Origin: Methanolobus sp. UBA474
GTDB lineage: Archaea > Halobacteriota > Methanosarcinia > Methanosarcinales > Methanosarcinaceae
Length of the DNA: 43,996 nt
Assembly (NCBI GenBank): GCA_002501695.1
Contig: DANZ01000069.1
Location: 456-44,451, forward strand
Reading direction: 5' to 3'
Part shown: piece after piece, positions 1 to 9,052 of the stretch
How the letters are laid out: every line of letters starts with the position of its first letter
Numbering within the stretch: position 1 is the stretch's first letter
Position numbers and translations under genes: made by a program
Notes under the pieces: generated by a model
The model's input: only the letters and a program-made list of their open reading frames with translations
Told to the model about the DNA's origin: nothing
Database searches by the model: none

Positions 1-105
1 ATTGTGATGGTAACGCATGAGACCTGGCATACTGATTATGTTGACAGGGTGATCACCTTCAAAGACGGAAGTTTACTTAGTGATGAGAAAAAAGTCAAAG
101 AGTGA
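1..105 (+). CDS. C-terminal end of an ABC transporter ATP-binding protein (truncated by window edge)
   Basis: Frame 1 reads IVMVTHETWHTDYVDRVITFKDGSLLSDEKKVKE*, containing the ABC H-loop (VMVTH) and the typical DRVI..KDG tail. Confidence 0.8.
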   Translation: MVMVTHETWHTDYVDRVITFKDGSLLSDEKKVKE

Positions 106-284
106 AGAATACTAAGTGATTATCGGAAGAGTAAAGCCAGATTAGCCTCCTTCAGGGATAAAAGGCCTCCGGTATTTTTAGAAGTGCGTATACCTCTAAG
201 CAAAAGCGTTATATCCATCCGGTTAATCTATTCAGCCTCATACTTTTTGGGAAACGAAGACTCAGTCGGTGAAAACGGATCATT

Positions 285-875
285 ATGGAAAACGTGGGTA
301 TAAGCGCAGCAGTCAAAAAGGCAGTTCGTTATGATATTGTGCAGAGCATCCTCAGGCACTACGAATGCCCCCCGACATGCCAGGCTCATTGCTGCAGCAA
401 GGGGCAGATACACATGTTCGAGGACGAGATGAAAGTACTGTCGTCCCTCGATCCCGCACGGGCGGGGAAGATCACCGGTGATACTAATTCGCCCAGCCTT
501 TATCTGATGCAGGCTCCCTGTTCCTTCCTTAACGACTCCGGCAGATGCCACGTATATGAAAGAAGGCCTACGGTCTGCGGCCTGTATCCCTTCAAGGTTA
601 ATACTTCGGGCATCTCCATCGGATTGCAGCCATGCCCTGTAGGATTTTTGATAATCAGGGATTTTGCTCTGTGGATGATGGACACCATCTCAAAAGCGGA
701 TCTCTCGGAGGAAGCAAGGTCCAGGATGGCCGATGATTGGCAGAAGGATGTTGAATCCTATGCACTGGAACTTTCGGGATTCCATATAAAACCTGTTCTC
801 ATGGAAATGCAGATACCTTATGATGACCTTGAGATGTTATCTATGTTCCTGGGCTCAAGGAATCATGGAAAATAA
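285..875 (+). CDS. YkgJ-family (CxxCxxCC) zinc/iron-chelating cysteine-cluster protein
   Basis: Motifs CPPTCQAHCC and CSFLNDSGRCHVYERRPTVCGLYPF. Confidence 0.85.
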   Translation: MENVGISAAVKKAVRYDIVQSILRHYECPPTCQAHCCSKGQIHMFEDEMKVLSSLDPARAGKITGDTNSPSLYLMQAPCSFLNDSGRCHVYERRPTVCGLYPFKVNTSGISIGLQPCPVGFLIIRDFALWMMDTISKADLSEEARSRMADDWQKDVESYALELSGFHIKPVLMEMQIPYDDLEMLSMFLGSRNHGK

Positions 876-1034
876 AAGAATGCACAATAGTTCCTCTTGA
901 ATACTGATTTGCATCTGCAATGTACGAGAATATCGCTTTTGACCTGCAGAGGGTGGTTTTAAATAGTTGCGGATTCCTCTTTTCTTTGGGGAAAAGTGTT
1001 GTATTACGGACTTTGTACCCCAGGGAGTGAAAGA

Positions 1035-1826
1035 ATAACAGTTGGCGAAATAATGTCCAAAGACCCTGTATTCGTCAGGGGGGACGGCTATATGACCCAT
1101 GCCCGGCAGCTTGTACGGGATAATTTTATCAGGGGTCTTCCTGTGGTGGACGAAGGGAATAAAGTGTTGGGTCTCCTTACAGATCAGGATGTGCTTAACA
1201 TTCATTCCAGTAAGTCCAATGTGACTGTCAAAGGTTACATCCGCGAGTCACCCTTGGTTACACCGGATACGGATATCCTGAAGGCTGCCAGACTGCTGCT
1301 TGATGCAAAGCAGCATCATGTACCGGTGGTCGCTTCGGCTTCCGACAGGACCCTTGTAGGAATATTGAGCGATGCAGACCTGCTGCGCCACATCCAGCCG
1401 ACAAAGATGTCTCCGGGAACCGTTGAGAAGATAATGACCACTAATGTCAAGACCGCATATCCTGATGACAGCATTTCCCGTATATGGGAGAACATGCTCG
1501 ATTGGGATTACACAGGTATTCCTGTGGTGTCCCATAAAAAAGAAGTACTTGGTATTGTTACCAGGATCGATATCATTAAAGCCGGTTATGCCCGGATAGG
1601 TACCACCAATACGCAAGGCCGGAGTTCGGGAGGTTCGCTGAAAGTGGAGAAGGTCATGTCCACTCCTTTGTATTCATTACCTCCGACAGCATCTGTAAGT
1701 GAGGCCATCGGGGAACTGCTTCATAATAACATCGGCAGGATAAGCGTTACCAACGGGGGCAAATTAGTGGGTATTGTGGACAGGCATGATCTGCTGAGTG
1801 CATGTTTGGCAGGAATGGGTTTATGA
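1035..1826 (+). CDS. CBS-domain protein (four CBS motifs); start uncertain (ATA 1035, ATG 1053 or GTG 996)
   Basis: Repeated CBS signatures: LPVVD..VLGLLTDQD, VPVV..LVGILSDAD, IPVV..VLGIVTRID, GKLVGIVDRHD. Confidence 0.85.
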   Translation: MTVGEIMSKDPVFVRGDGYMTHARQLVRDNFIRGLPVVDEGNKVLGLLTDQDVLNIHSSKSNVTVKGYIRESPLVTPDTDILKAARLLLDAKQHHVPVVASASDRTLVGILSDADLLRHIQPTKMSPGTVEKIMTTNVKTAYPDDSISRIWENMLDWDYTGIPVVSHKKEVLGIVTRIDIIKAGYARIGTTNTQGRSSGGSLKVEKVMSTPLYSLPPTASVSEAIGELLHNNIGRISVTNGGKLVGIVDRHDLLSACLAGMGL

Positions 1827-1934
1827 TGCCTCCGGGCTGACTGTCCGGGGTAGCATATATTGAAAGACTTCACATTTCATTCCCATCTTATTTTCTTCAG
1901 TGGGCACAAAAGCATTCAAAAGTATGGTGATAAT

Positions 1935-2933
1935 TTGATTACAAGGGATAAGACAAATTTTACAGAGAACGATGCAAGAGTGCGGGAAAAACTTCATTCC
2001 AATGACAGGCCTGTCCAGCAAAAAGGCTCAGCATTGTACAACAGCAGCCGTATGATAAGGACCGGGCCTGTTGACTTTGATGAAAGGATAGCAATACATG
2101 AAGGCGGTATCATGGCGGTTGCAAGCAGGGAGGCTGTAACTATGCCACCTACCACAAGTATCATAAATGCCATCCGGACCATGACCCAGAACGGCTTCAG
2201 GCGCATACCCGTGACAGATGCCGGCACAAACAGACTGGAAGGCATCGTGACATCTGTGGATATAATCGATTTTCTGGGGGGCGGAAGCAAGAACCTGCTA
2301 GTTGAAGAGCATTACAGGGGAAATCTGCTGGCAGCGATCAATTCCCCGGTTCGTGAGATCATGCAGGAGGATGTTGTCAGCATACGGGATAATGCTGATA
2401 TCGGGGATGCAATAAAACTGATGCTGGAGCATAATACAAGCGGGCTGCCCATAGTTGACAGCGGGAACCGGGTCGTGGCAATCTGCACCGAAAAGGACCT
2501 TATAAGATTTGCAGCAGGTATCACCTCGACTGAGACGGTCTCCCAGTATATGAGCAGGAAAGTAAAGACCACTCCTCCTGATACAACCATCGGCGAAGCT
2601 GCAAGGATAATGATAGAGAATGGATTCAGGAGGATTCCCCTGGTCAACAATGGAAAGATCATAGGCATGGTCACAGCATCTGACATAATGCATTTTCTGG
2701 GTAAAGGCAGCGCCTTTGACAAGCTCACAACAGGCAACATTCACGAAGCACTCGATGAACCTGTCCTCTCTCTTGTATCAAAGGGAGTGGTAAAGGTAAG
2801 TCCGGACAAGGATATGGGTAAAGCAGCGCAGATAATGATAGAGAACAACATCGGCTCGCTGCCTGTAATGGAAGGTGACTTCCTTGTAGGGATAATCACC
2901 GAGAGGGACTTCCTCAGGTCGATATCGGAATAA
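1935..2933 (+). CDS. CBS-domain protein (four CBS motifs) with N-terminal extension
   Basis: GFRRIPV..LEGIVTSVD, SGLPIVD, GFRRIPLV..GMVTASD, IGSLPVM..LVGIITERD; GGTGA RBS before TTG at 1935. Confidence 0.85.
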   Translation: MITRDKTNFTENDARVREKLHSNDRPVQQKGSALYNSSRMIRTGPVDFDERIAIHEGGIMAVASREAVTMPPTTSIINAIRTMTQNGFRRIPVTDAGTNRLEGIVTSVDIIDFLGGGSKNLLVEEHYRGNLLAAINSPVREIMQEDVVSIRDNADIGDAIKLMLEHNTSGLPIVDSGNRVVAICTEKDLIRFAAGITSTETVSQYMSRKVKTTPPDTTIGEAARIMIENGFRRIPLVNNGKIIGMVTASDIMHFLGKGSAFDKLTTGNIHEALDEPVLSLVSKGVVKVSPDKDMGKAAQIMIENNIGSLPVMEGDFLVGIITERDFLRSISE

Positions 2934-2993
2934 AGAAGATAATGGATGCCACATATGCATCATTACCTTCATATTCTGTTTTTGATCTAGGTA

Positions 2994-4133
2994 TCAGCTC
3001 TGTAAACCCTGCCCGGTCAGATTCGTCATGTATATGTCAGGGTATCTGTTACGCATGTCCACCCATACTACCGTTTCTTCGTATATTGCCGGATATTCCT
3101 GTGAGAACTCACTTGCAGTTATCTGTTTCTCTTCCCGGGAAGAGATATTGTACATATAGATATCCGAGTTCCATTGCAGTTCTTCCAATATTGGGTTTAT
3201 ATCTGTTGCTTCTGCATGGTTCCTGTAGTCTTCCCATACTATGCTGTCTCTGTATATTGCGGGAAGCAGCTGATTGGATCCGTCAGTTGTTATCTGTGTC
3301 TCCTCTCCTGAAGTAAGATCGTACATATAGATATCCACATTCCACTGCATCCAGTCATCAGGTGTCAGGTTTGAGTTGCGCATATCTGTCCAGACTATCC
3401 TGTCTTCATAAATGGCCGGCCCTTCCTGCCATGATTCGTTTACTGTTACCTGCTTTTCCTCTCCTGATGACAGGTCATACATGTAAATATCTGCATTAAA
3501 AAGCAGCAGATCCTGTAATCCCAGGTTCATGTCCTCCTCTGTCAGGTTCACATTGCGGGCATCTGTCCATGCTATAATGTCCCCGTATATTACCGGATCT
3601 ATTTGAGGCGCCCCATTGGATGTTATCTGTATCTCCTCGCCAGATGTGATATTGTACATATATATGTCCGCGTTCCCTTTACGTGTATCTTCCCATACGA
3701 CCCGGTCATCGTAGATAGCCGGATACCACTGATCTGATCTATTGTCCGTCAGTTGTATCTCCTCTCCTGAGGTCAGATCGTACATGTAGATATCTGCATT
3801 CCCGTTACGCATGTCTGTCCAGACTATCCGGTTCCCGTATATCGCAGGACCTATCTGCAGTGATACATTTGCGGTTATCTGCACCTCCTCTTCCAGAGAT
3901 GTATTGTACATGTAGATATCCGCATTCCATATGAATGACTCATCCGGCGTTGTATTTGCATTGCGCCAGTCAGTCCACACAACCCTGTCTGCATATATTG
4001 CCGGATCGTTCTGGTCAGATTCTTCAGTCGTTATTGGGATATCGGTGCTTTCTGTCTGTGCCGCAACACTGCCTGTGGCAATCAAAAGCAAAAAGGTCCA
4101 AAAACAGATAGCAGTCTTTATTTTAATACTCAT
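2994..4133 (-). CDS. Secreted Methanosarcina-type beta-propeller repeat surface protein
   Basis: Signal peptide followed by about seven repeats of PAIY.DR.VW.D.RN...DIYMY(D/N). Confidence 0.9.
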   Translation of the reverse strand: MSIKIKTAICFWTFLLLIATGSVAAQTESTDIPITTEESDQNDPAIYADRVVWTDWRNANTTPDESFIWNADIYMYNTSLEEEVQITANVSLQIGPAIYGNRIVWTDMRNGNADIYMYDLTSGEEIQLTDNRSDQWYPAIYDDRVVWEDTRKGNADIYMYNITSGEEIQITSNGAPQIDPVIYGDIIAWTDARNVNLTEEDMNLGLQDLLLFNADIYMYDLSSGEEKQVTVNESWQEGPAIYEDRIVWTDMRNSNLTPDDWMQWNVDIYMYDLTSGEETQITTDGSNQLLPAIYRDSIVWEDYRNHAEATDINPILEELQWNSDIYMYNISSREEKQITASEFSQEYPAIYEETVVWVDMRNRYPDIYMTNLTGQGLQS

Positions 4134-4280
4134 TTAATGATCTCCCCGTCGATAAGGTTTCCCACACTGGATATAATTTAACTATCTTGATTTATAGCCT
4201 TTATCACTTTTGAATCAATGTTTATAATCTGGGATATGCGGTAGCAAAAACATACGCTACATCCTGTGTAATTTCGATTG

Positions 4281-4321
4281 CAGGGAAATAAATATTCCCT
4301 GTTATCCGCAAGGTTTTAAAA
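4281..4321 (+). promoter_or_regulatory. Inverted repeat CAGGGAA-N7-TTCCCTG immediately upstream of a BRE/TATA-like element (TTTTAAAA 4314-4321)
   Basis: Perfect 7-bp arms at 4281-4287 and 4295-4301; the TATA-like box lies about 25 nt before the hairpin RNA candidate. Confidence 0.45.
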
Positions 4322-4342
4322 CAATAACCAATTATAGGAATT

Positions 4343-4455
4343 GTTAGAGTTTTAGCAGGAGGTGTGCTCATTCTCAACGTACCACCCCCCATTCCCACAC
4401 CCTATTTTGAAGACACACCTCTGCTACTAACCATGGGGACCGGTTTCTATGGGAA
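4343..4455 (+). ncRNA. Candidate small RNA: long stem presenting a C-rich loop, followed by a second hairpin
   Basis: 4353-4369 pairs with 4412-4426 (15 bp, two single-nt bulges); loop contains ACCACCCCCCATTCCCACACCC; hairpin 4431-4452 needs G-U pairs, which favours the + strand; TATA-like box at suitable spacing. Confidence 0.55.
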
Positions 4456-4544
4456 AAGATATCATCCTGTGGATATATTTCTAATATAAAAATATATAAA
4501 CACCAAAGCCTTAATAGGCTAAACGTTTTAAAAAAGGTACTTTT

Positions 4545-5486
4545 ATGCTTACGGAACCGCCTGATGGAAAGAAGAACGGGACCGCACTGAATGATTTCAC
4601 AGGGCGGCTGAAACACACATTCCTGAACCGGACCATACTATTGTTCGTATTCCTGAGCACGGTGATGGCAGGTATTCTGTTCGCCAACCAGCAGGATCTG
4701 ATCAGCGTCCCTCAGGCTATCATGGAATATGTGGAACTGGTCATTACTATTTTCCTGTCCTATGCACTGGCATCTGTCGCTGCCAGGTTAACGGTCAATA
4801 GTATTATAAACTTCTTTGGAGATGCTTTTGAACCTGAACAGAAGATATTGTTAACGAAAGCATACATCGGGCTGCTTTACTCCATAGCGACTGTTTTTAT
4901 CTTTGTGCAGCTGGGTATCACAGTGCAGAACCTCGCTATCTTCTTCGGTCTGATAGCAACAGGTTTTGCATTTGCTATAAGGGATGTCATACTGTCATAT
5001 ATTGCATGGTTCATTCTGCTAACTAAAAAGCCTTTCAAGATTGGCGATCACATAAAGATCGAAGGGGTGGAAGGGCTTGTTAAGCATATAGGGATGTTCT
5101 ATGTGCTGCTGGATGATTCTCCTGAGACCTATGAGGATTTCTATAAGATACCCAATAAGATGTTCCTGGAGAAGCCTATCCGCAATTATGGAAATAACAG
5201 GTTTAGAAGTGAATTTGACCTGTACCTGGAAAAAATGCCGGTTGATATCGGGAAGGTGCTTCCTGACCTGGATGGGCTGCTGGAAAGGATTGCTGATGAG
5301 GTCAGTAAAACGGCATCAACAAGGGTGATCACAAGGGTGGATTCAGACAAGGACGGTATGAAGATAAAGGTCCGCTACAGATCTACGTATAAAGAGCGGG
5401 ATATTATTCGGGACAGGGTGCTAAGGATCATGTTCAGGGAGATATATAACCTTTCGAAAGAACAGCCGATCACTGACGATAGTTAG
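4545..5486 (+). CDS. mscS: Small-conductance mechanosensitive channel (MscS family)
   Basis: N-terminal TM helices, then GFAFAIRD..KPFKIGDHIKIEGVEGLV..IPN MscS signature. Confidence 0.9.
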   Translation: MLTEPPDGKKNGTALNDFTGRLKHTFLNRTILLFVFLSTVMAGILFANQQDLISVPQAIMEYVELVITIFLSYALASVAARLTVNSIINFFGDAFEPEQKILLTKAYIGLLYSIATVFIFVQLGITVQNLAIFFGLIATGFAFAIRDVILSYIAWFILLTKKPFKIGDHIKIEGVEGLVKHIGMFYVLLDDSPETYEDFYKIPNKMFLEKPIRNYGNNRFRSEFDLYLEKMPVDIGKVLPDLDGLLERIADEVSKTASTRVITRVDSDKDGMKIKVRYRSTYKERDIIRDRVLRIMFREIYNLSKEQPITDDS

Positions 5487-6519
5487 AACCGTAAAACTGC
5501 CCGGCAATCTGTGACCCTGAAGAAGGCGTATATTCAAACCCAAAATGCTCAACTTCACCGGGGTCCAGTCCGACATCAGAGAACATTTTTATAAAAATGC
5601 TCCTGTAATCTGCTTCAGGCATCTCTGCTCCTACTGCAAGCCGGACCTGGATATTGATGCCGCCTCTGGGGTCCACCTGTATGACATGATCATTCCCGCT
5701 TTCCCGATGGATTATTTTTGAATTCTGGACAATATAATTGATACTTCCGGTCACCCTTCCATCTTCGTGAAAAACCTGCCGGATAGAACCGTTACCAGTA
5801 GTCTCTGTAAAGTTAAACCTGCCACCCCTGCTTTTCATATCCGTATATATTGAATTAAAATCAGGTGGCTGCGCAACTATGATTGTGGCATCGGTGCTGC
5901 CTTCTTCCTTTATATTATCCTTTAACTGGTCAAGATATGTTCGTGCCGTTATGTCACTGCCGCCGAAAATAGCTTTGAGACCGCCAATTGCCATTTCATC
6001 ATCCGGCAGGTGCTCTGTTTCAAATAACGTGAAGGATGGACTCTGTCGGCTCTCGTTAAAGAAACTGACAACCGTTGATCCGTTTTCAAATCTCGCTTCC
6101 ATATACACATGTTCCGAAAAGTAGTAATCCACAGAGCTTACCCAGAAATCGTTTCCCAAATATGCCCTGACCTGTGAGACCCTGGGTGACCAGAGACCTG
6201 TTGCTTCACTTATATCGGAATCGAGATAATTAGGCCCTTTTACGATATATCCTGCCTGCCTTGCATTTGACAATATCTGGGCATAATCTATATTTCCCAG
6301 ATTTCGTCCTTCGCTATAATAGGATGCATTATCCGTGGATATCAGTGCAAAGGCAAACGAAGCATATACCACTCCTGCCAGCCCTGCCAGCAAAAACAGG
6401 GTTATCTGACTCTTTTTTTGAAGGGTCAGGTCTCTTTTCATCCACAGACATAACATCAACCAGGCGAAAATGGTCCCGGATACAATTACAGACAGGCCGA
6501 ATGCAGTAATTCCAACCAT
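5470..6519 (-). CDS. Hypothetical membrane-anchored protein (two N-terminal TM helices plus soluble domain)
   Basis: 349-aa ORF with two hydrophobic N-terminal segments; no family recognised. Confidence 0.7.
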   Translation of the reverse strand: MVGITAFGLSVIVSGTIFAWLMLCLWMKRDLTLQKKSQITLFLLAGLAGVVYASFAFALISTDNASYYSEGRNLGNIDYAQILSNARQAGYIVKGPNYLDSDISEATGLWSPRVSQVRAYLGNDFWVSSVDYYFSEHVYMEARFENGSTVVSFFNESRQSPSFTLFETEHLPDDEMAIGGLKAIFGGSDITARTYLDQLKDNIKEEGSTDATIIVAQPPDFNSIYTDMKSRGGRFNFTETTGNGSIRQVFHEDGRVTGSINYIVQNSKIIHRESGNDHVIQVDPRGGINIQVRLAVGAEMPEADYRSIFIKMFSDVGLDPGEVEHFGFEYTPSSGSQIAGQFYGSNYRQ

Positions 6520-6627
6520 GTGTTTCCCATATTTAGAACTTCGGTGGTCCTGAAAGAATGTTCCTTATTCCTACAGGCTTTCGGGCCCATTATGCACTGA
6601 TATCACAAATAATAAATGGGTAGGATA

Positions 6628-6702
6628 TCATTTTCTCTTTTTGAACAGAGCAGCTATGATCGATGTAGCTATACCCAGAATAGCCAGTTTCTTAAGTCCC
6701 AT
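6628..6702 (-). CDS. Putative 24-aa membrane peptide MGLKKLAILGIATSIIAALFKKRK
   Basis: Strong RBS AAGGAGGT 8 nt upstream of ATG 6702; hydrophobic core flanked by basic residues; stop TGA at 6628-6630. Confidence 0.55.
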   Translation of the reverse strand: MGLKKLAILGIATSIIAALFKKRK

Positions 6703-6834
6703 GTTCTTATACCTCCTTATTTTCTATATCCGGGGATGCAAACTTTCAGATAGAGCTATGTAATAACGGTCTTTATCCGCTAACTCCCCAATAACTAATA
6801 CTGATAGTATCCTATATATATTGAGGTACTATTG

Positions 6835-7356
6835 TTACTGCCCATCCTGCATCATATCCTTGTATTCCTTTGCAAGCTCCACATAAGTGGCAGCATTCCC
6901 CTCAATGTTTTCCTTTTCACTGTCAGTGACCTGCCTTTTGATCTCACCAGGGACACCAAGAATAACACTTCCATCCCGAAACACCCTGCCTGTAGCCACC
7001 ACCGCATTAGCACCAATGATAGAATTATCCCCGATAACAGCACCGTTCAGTACGGTAGCATTCATCCCCACTATGACATTATTGCCTATGGTACAGCCAT
7101 GAAGCACTGCTCCGTGGCCTACTGTCACATTGTCTTTGATTTCCACTGTTATGGAAGTATCAGTATGGATGACTACATTGTCCTGAATGCTTGTCCTCTT
7201 ACCGATACGTATACTGCCCAGGTCGCCCCGGACAACTGCATTGAACCATATGCTGGAAAACTCTCCTATTTTCACATCTCCTATTATCTCTGCGGAATCT
7301 GCAATGAATGCCGTCTGGTCTATAACGGGTCTTTTTGACCTGAATTCATGGATCAT
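6835..7356 (-). CDS. Gamma-class carbonic anhydrase family protein (CamH/YrdA-like)
   Basis: Hexapeptide repeats; IWFNAVVRGD, IQDNVVIH, VGHGAVLHGC with the three metal-binding His. Confidence 0.9.
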   Translation of the reverse strand: MIHEFRSKRPVIDQTAFIADSAEIIGDVKIGEFSSIWFNAVVRGDLGSIRIGKRTSIQDNVVIHTDTSITVEIKDNVTVGHGAVLHGCTIGNNVIVGMNATVLNGAVIGDNSIIGANAVVATGRVFRDGSVILGVPGEIKRQVTDSEKENIEGNAATYVELAKEYKDMMQDGQ

Positions 7357-7614
7357 TTATTCAACTCCTGTTTCTTTGTCTGGCCGTACCTCTACAAAAG
7401 GCTTGATAGTACTGACCTGACACATTTTCTGTGTTTGTTGTCATCGAAAAATTCAAGGGCAGGGTAATTTGGAACACATCTTGAATTTAAGGAGGGTTTA
7501 GATTAAATAAAAATATGCTGTTATATAGTAACTGTCAGATGTAGTCCCGGAGCACCCGTAGAGGGGTTGTGGGTGGGGGACAGTAATTTCCTGACACACA
7601 GGGGGGTTGAATAA

Positions 7615-7752
7615 TTGAAGCAGCTAAAAGAATGTCCTGAGTGTAAGGCACGCCTGCATGACAGGGGCCTGAACATACAGCATTGCGAGATATGTGGATA
7701 CTGGACCAGGAAAGGAACTGCCAGACTTGATCCTATCATGGTATTTGCATAG
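7615..7752 (+). CDS. Small zinc-ribbon protein, 45 aa (MKQLKECPECKARLHDRGLNIQHCEICGYWTRKGTARLDPIMVFA)
   Basis: TTG start after G-rich RBS (7601-7606); CPEC and CEICG knuckles; below ORF-track length cutoff. Confidence 0.75.
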   Translation: MKQLKECPECKARLHDRGLNIQHCEICGYWTRKGTARLDPIMVFA

Positions 7753-7760
7753 GAGGGAAA

Positions 7761-7886
7761 ATGGGAAGACCAGATGCAAAAAATTGTTCCAGGTGCAAAG
7801 GAAAGCTTAAGAAACAAATGCTTGGTATGAATATACTCTATTTCTGTCCGGGCTGCGGGTACCATGTATCCGGTCATTTCCTTTAA
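7761..7886 (+). CDS. Small zinc-ribbon protein, 41 aa (MGRPDAKNCSRCKGKLKKQMLGMNILYFCPGCGYHVSGHFL)
   Basis: AGGAGG RBS overlapping the upstream stop codon; CSRC and CPGCG knuckles; T-rich tract downstream (7915-7929). Confidence 0.75.
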   Translation: MGRPDAKNCSRCKGKLKKQMLGMNILYFCPGCGYHVSGHFL

Positions 7887-7988
7887 GCCGCAGGTAGAAA
7901 TACTTCTGAAAAGGTCTTTCTACTTTTTTCATTACCCGTATCCTGCACTTGCAGTTCTTTACTGAGACCTTCCGTTTTTCCGGCCTGC

Positions 7989-8900
7989 TCAGTCATTGAA
8001 CATGCCAAGCCTTATCGTAATGAAATTATATATCTCCTCAGCTAGGTCTATATCGCAACAGCTCTCTATTCCATGGAAGCCGGGAGAGGAATTCGCTTCG
8101 CAGACCTTGAAATGGTTACCGTCAAAGAGCAGGTCGATGCCAGCTATATCCAGGCCGAACATGCGTGCTGTCTCGGTGGCAAGCCACTCTATTTCGGGCG
8201 TCATCGCGTAACTCTTTACGTGCCCGCCGGTCGAGAAGTTGGCCTTGAAGTTCCCGTCTCTGGATGTTCTTTCTATGCAGGCTATAGGCCGCCCTCCGAG
8301 CACAAAGACCCTGAGATCCCTGCCTTTGCTTGTCTGTATGAACTCCTGCAGTATTATGTTCAGTTTAGGATCGGTTGAGTGTATCAGGGTCATAAGGTCG
8401 TTAAAGCTTGCCTTGCTCTCCGAAAGATATACGCCCTTGCCCCGGGACCCTGAAATGGTCTTTATGACAAGGGGAAATCCTATGTATCTCTCTACAAGGT
8501 CTACGTTCACAGGATATTTTGCAAGCATGGTCCTGGGCACAGGGATATTGTTCTCTGCAAGTATCTGCTGTGAATAGAGTTTGTCCTTGACGGTATCTAT
8601 GCTATGGGCCGAGTTAAAAGTATGGACACCAAGCCTCTCAAGGTGCCTGATAACCGCCATTGCAAAATAGGTTGTCCCCGCCCCTGTGCGCGGAAGGAGG
8701 AAATCAGGAAGCGATACTATCTCTCCATCGAGAAGTGTGCTCTTTCGATCCTCTCTGGTCACAATAAGGTCTATTTGCTCGGGTTTTACAACTTTTATAT
8801 CTATGTTCCTTTTCCGTGCGGTCTCTATCAGACGATGGATCTCATAGGCATCCGGCCACAGTTCTTCCTGGGCATATTTATAAAGGATCCATCCTTTCAT
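7989..8900 (-). CDS. rimK: RimK-family ATP-grasp alpha-L-glutamate ligase
   Basis: DKL.SQQIL, P.VIKT..GSRGKGV, QEFI..GRDLRVFV, ANFSTGG, GIDLL, EANSSPGF; actual substrate (protein, cofactor) not determinable. Confidence 0.85.
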   Translation of the reverse strand: MKGWILYKYAQEELWPDAYEIHRLIETARKRNIDIKVVKPEQIDLIVTREDRKSTLLDGEIVSLPDFLLPRTGAGTTYFAMAVIRHLERLGVHTFNSAHSIDTVKDKLYSQQILAENNIPVPRTMLAKYPVNVDLVERYIGFPLVIKTISGSRGKGVYLSESKASFNDLMTLIHSTDPKLNIILQEFIQTSKGRDLRVFVLGGRPIACIERTSRDGNFKANFSTGGHVKSYAMTPEIEWLATETARMFGLDIAGIDLLFDGNHFKVCEANSSPGFHGIESCCDIDLAEEIYNFITIRLGMFND

Positions 8901-9052
8901 CCCGATAAACCTCTACTGCACATTGCTATGCAATTGCCTTATTAGTATATAATCCATATGATAATATTTGATAACTGCCTGCGTTTCAGGCCTGACAGTC
9001 AGGGCTATATAATATACGGTCATTGCGCCAGACAAATCCGGGAAGTCTCAAA

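Noticed and set aside
2994-4060. DNA-level repeats resembling an array
   Set aside because: They are degenerate codon repeats of beta-propeller blades, not CRISPR repeats
4156-4175. ORB-like origin box (TCCAGTGTGGGAAAC on the - strand)
   Set aside because: Imperfect, single copy and no cdc6/orc1 gene in the window
4284-4298. NrpR operator
   Set aside because: Spacing is GGAA-N7-TTCC, not the canonical N6; kept only as a generic inverted repeat
7750-7763. Pyrrolysine read-through fusing the two zinc-ribbon ORFs
   Set aside because: The second ORF is in a different frame from the TAG and has its own RBS
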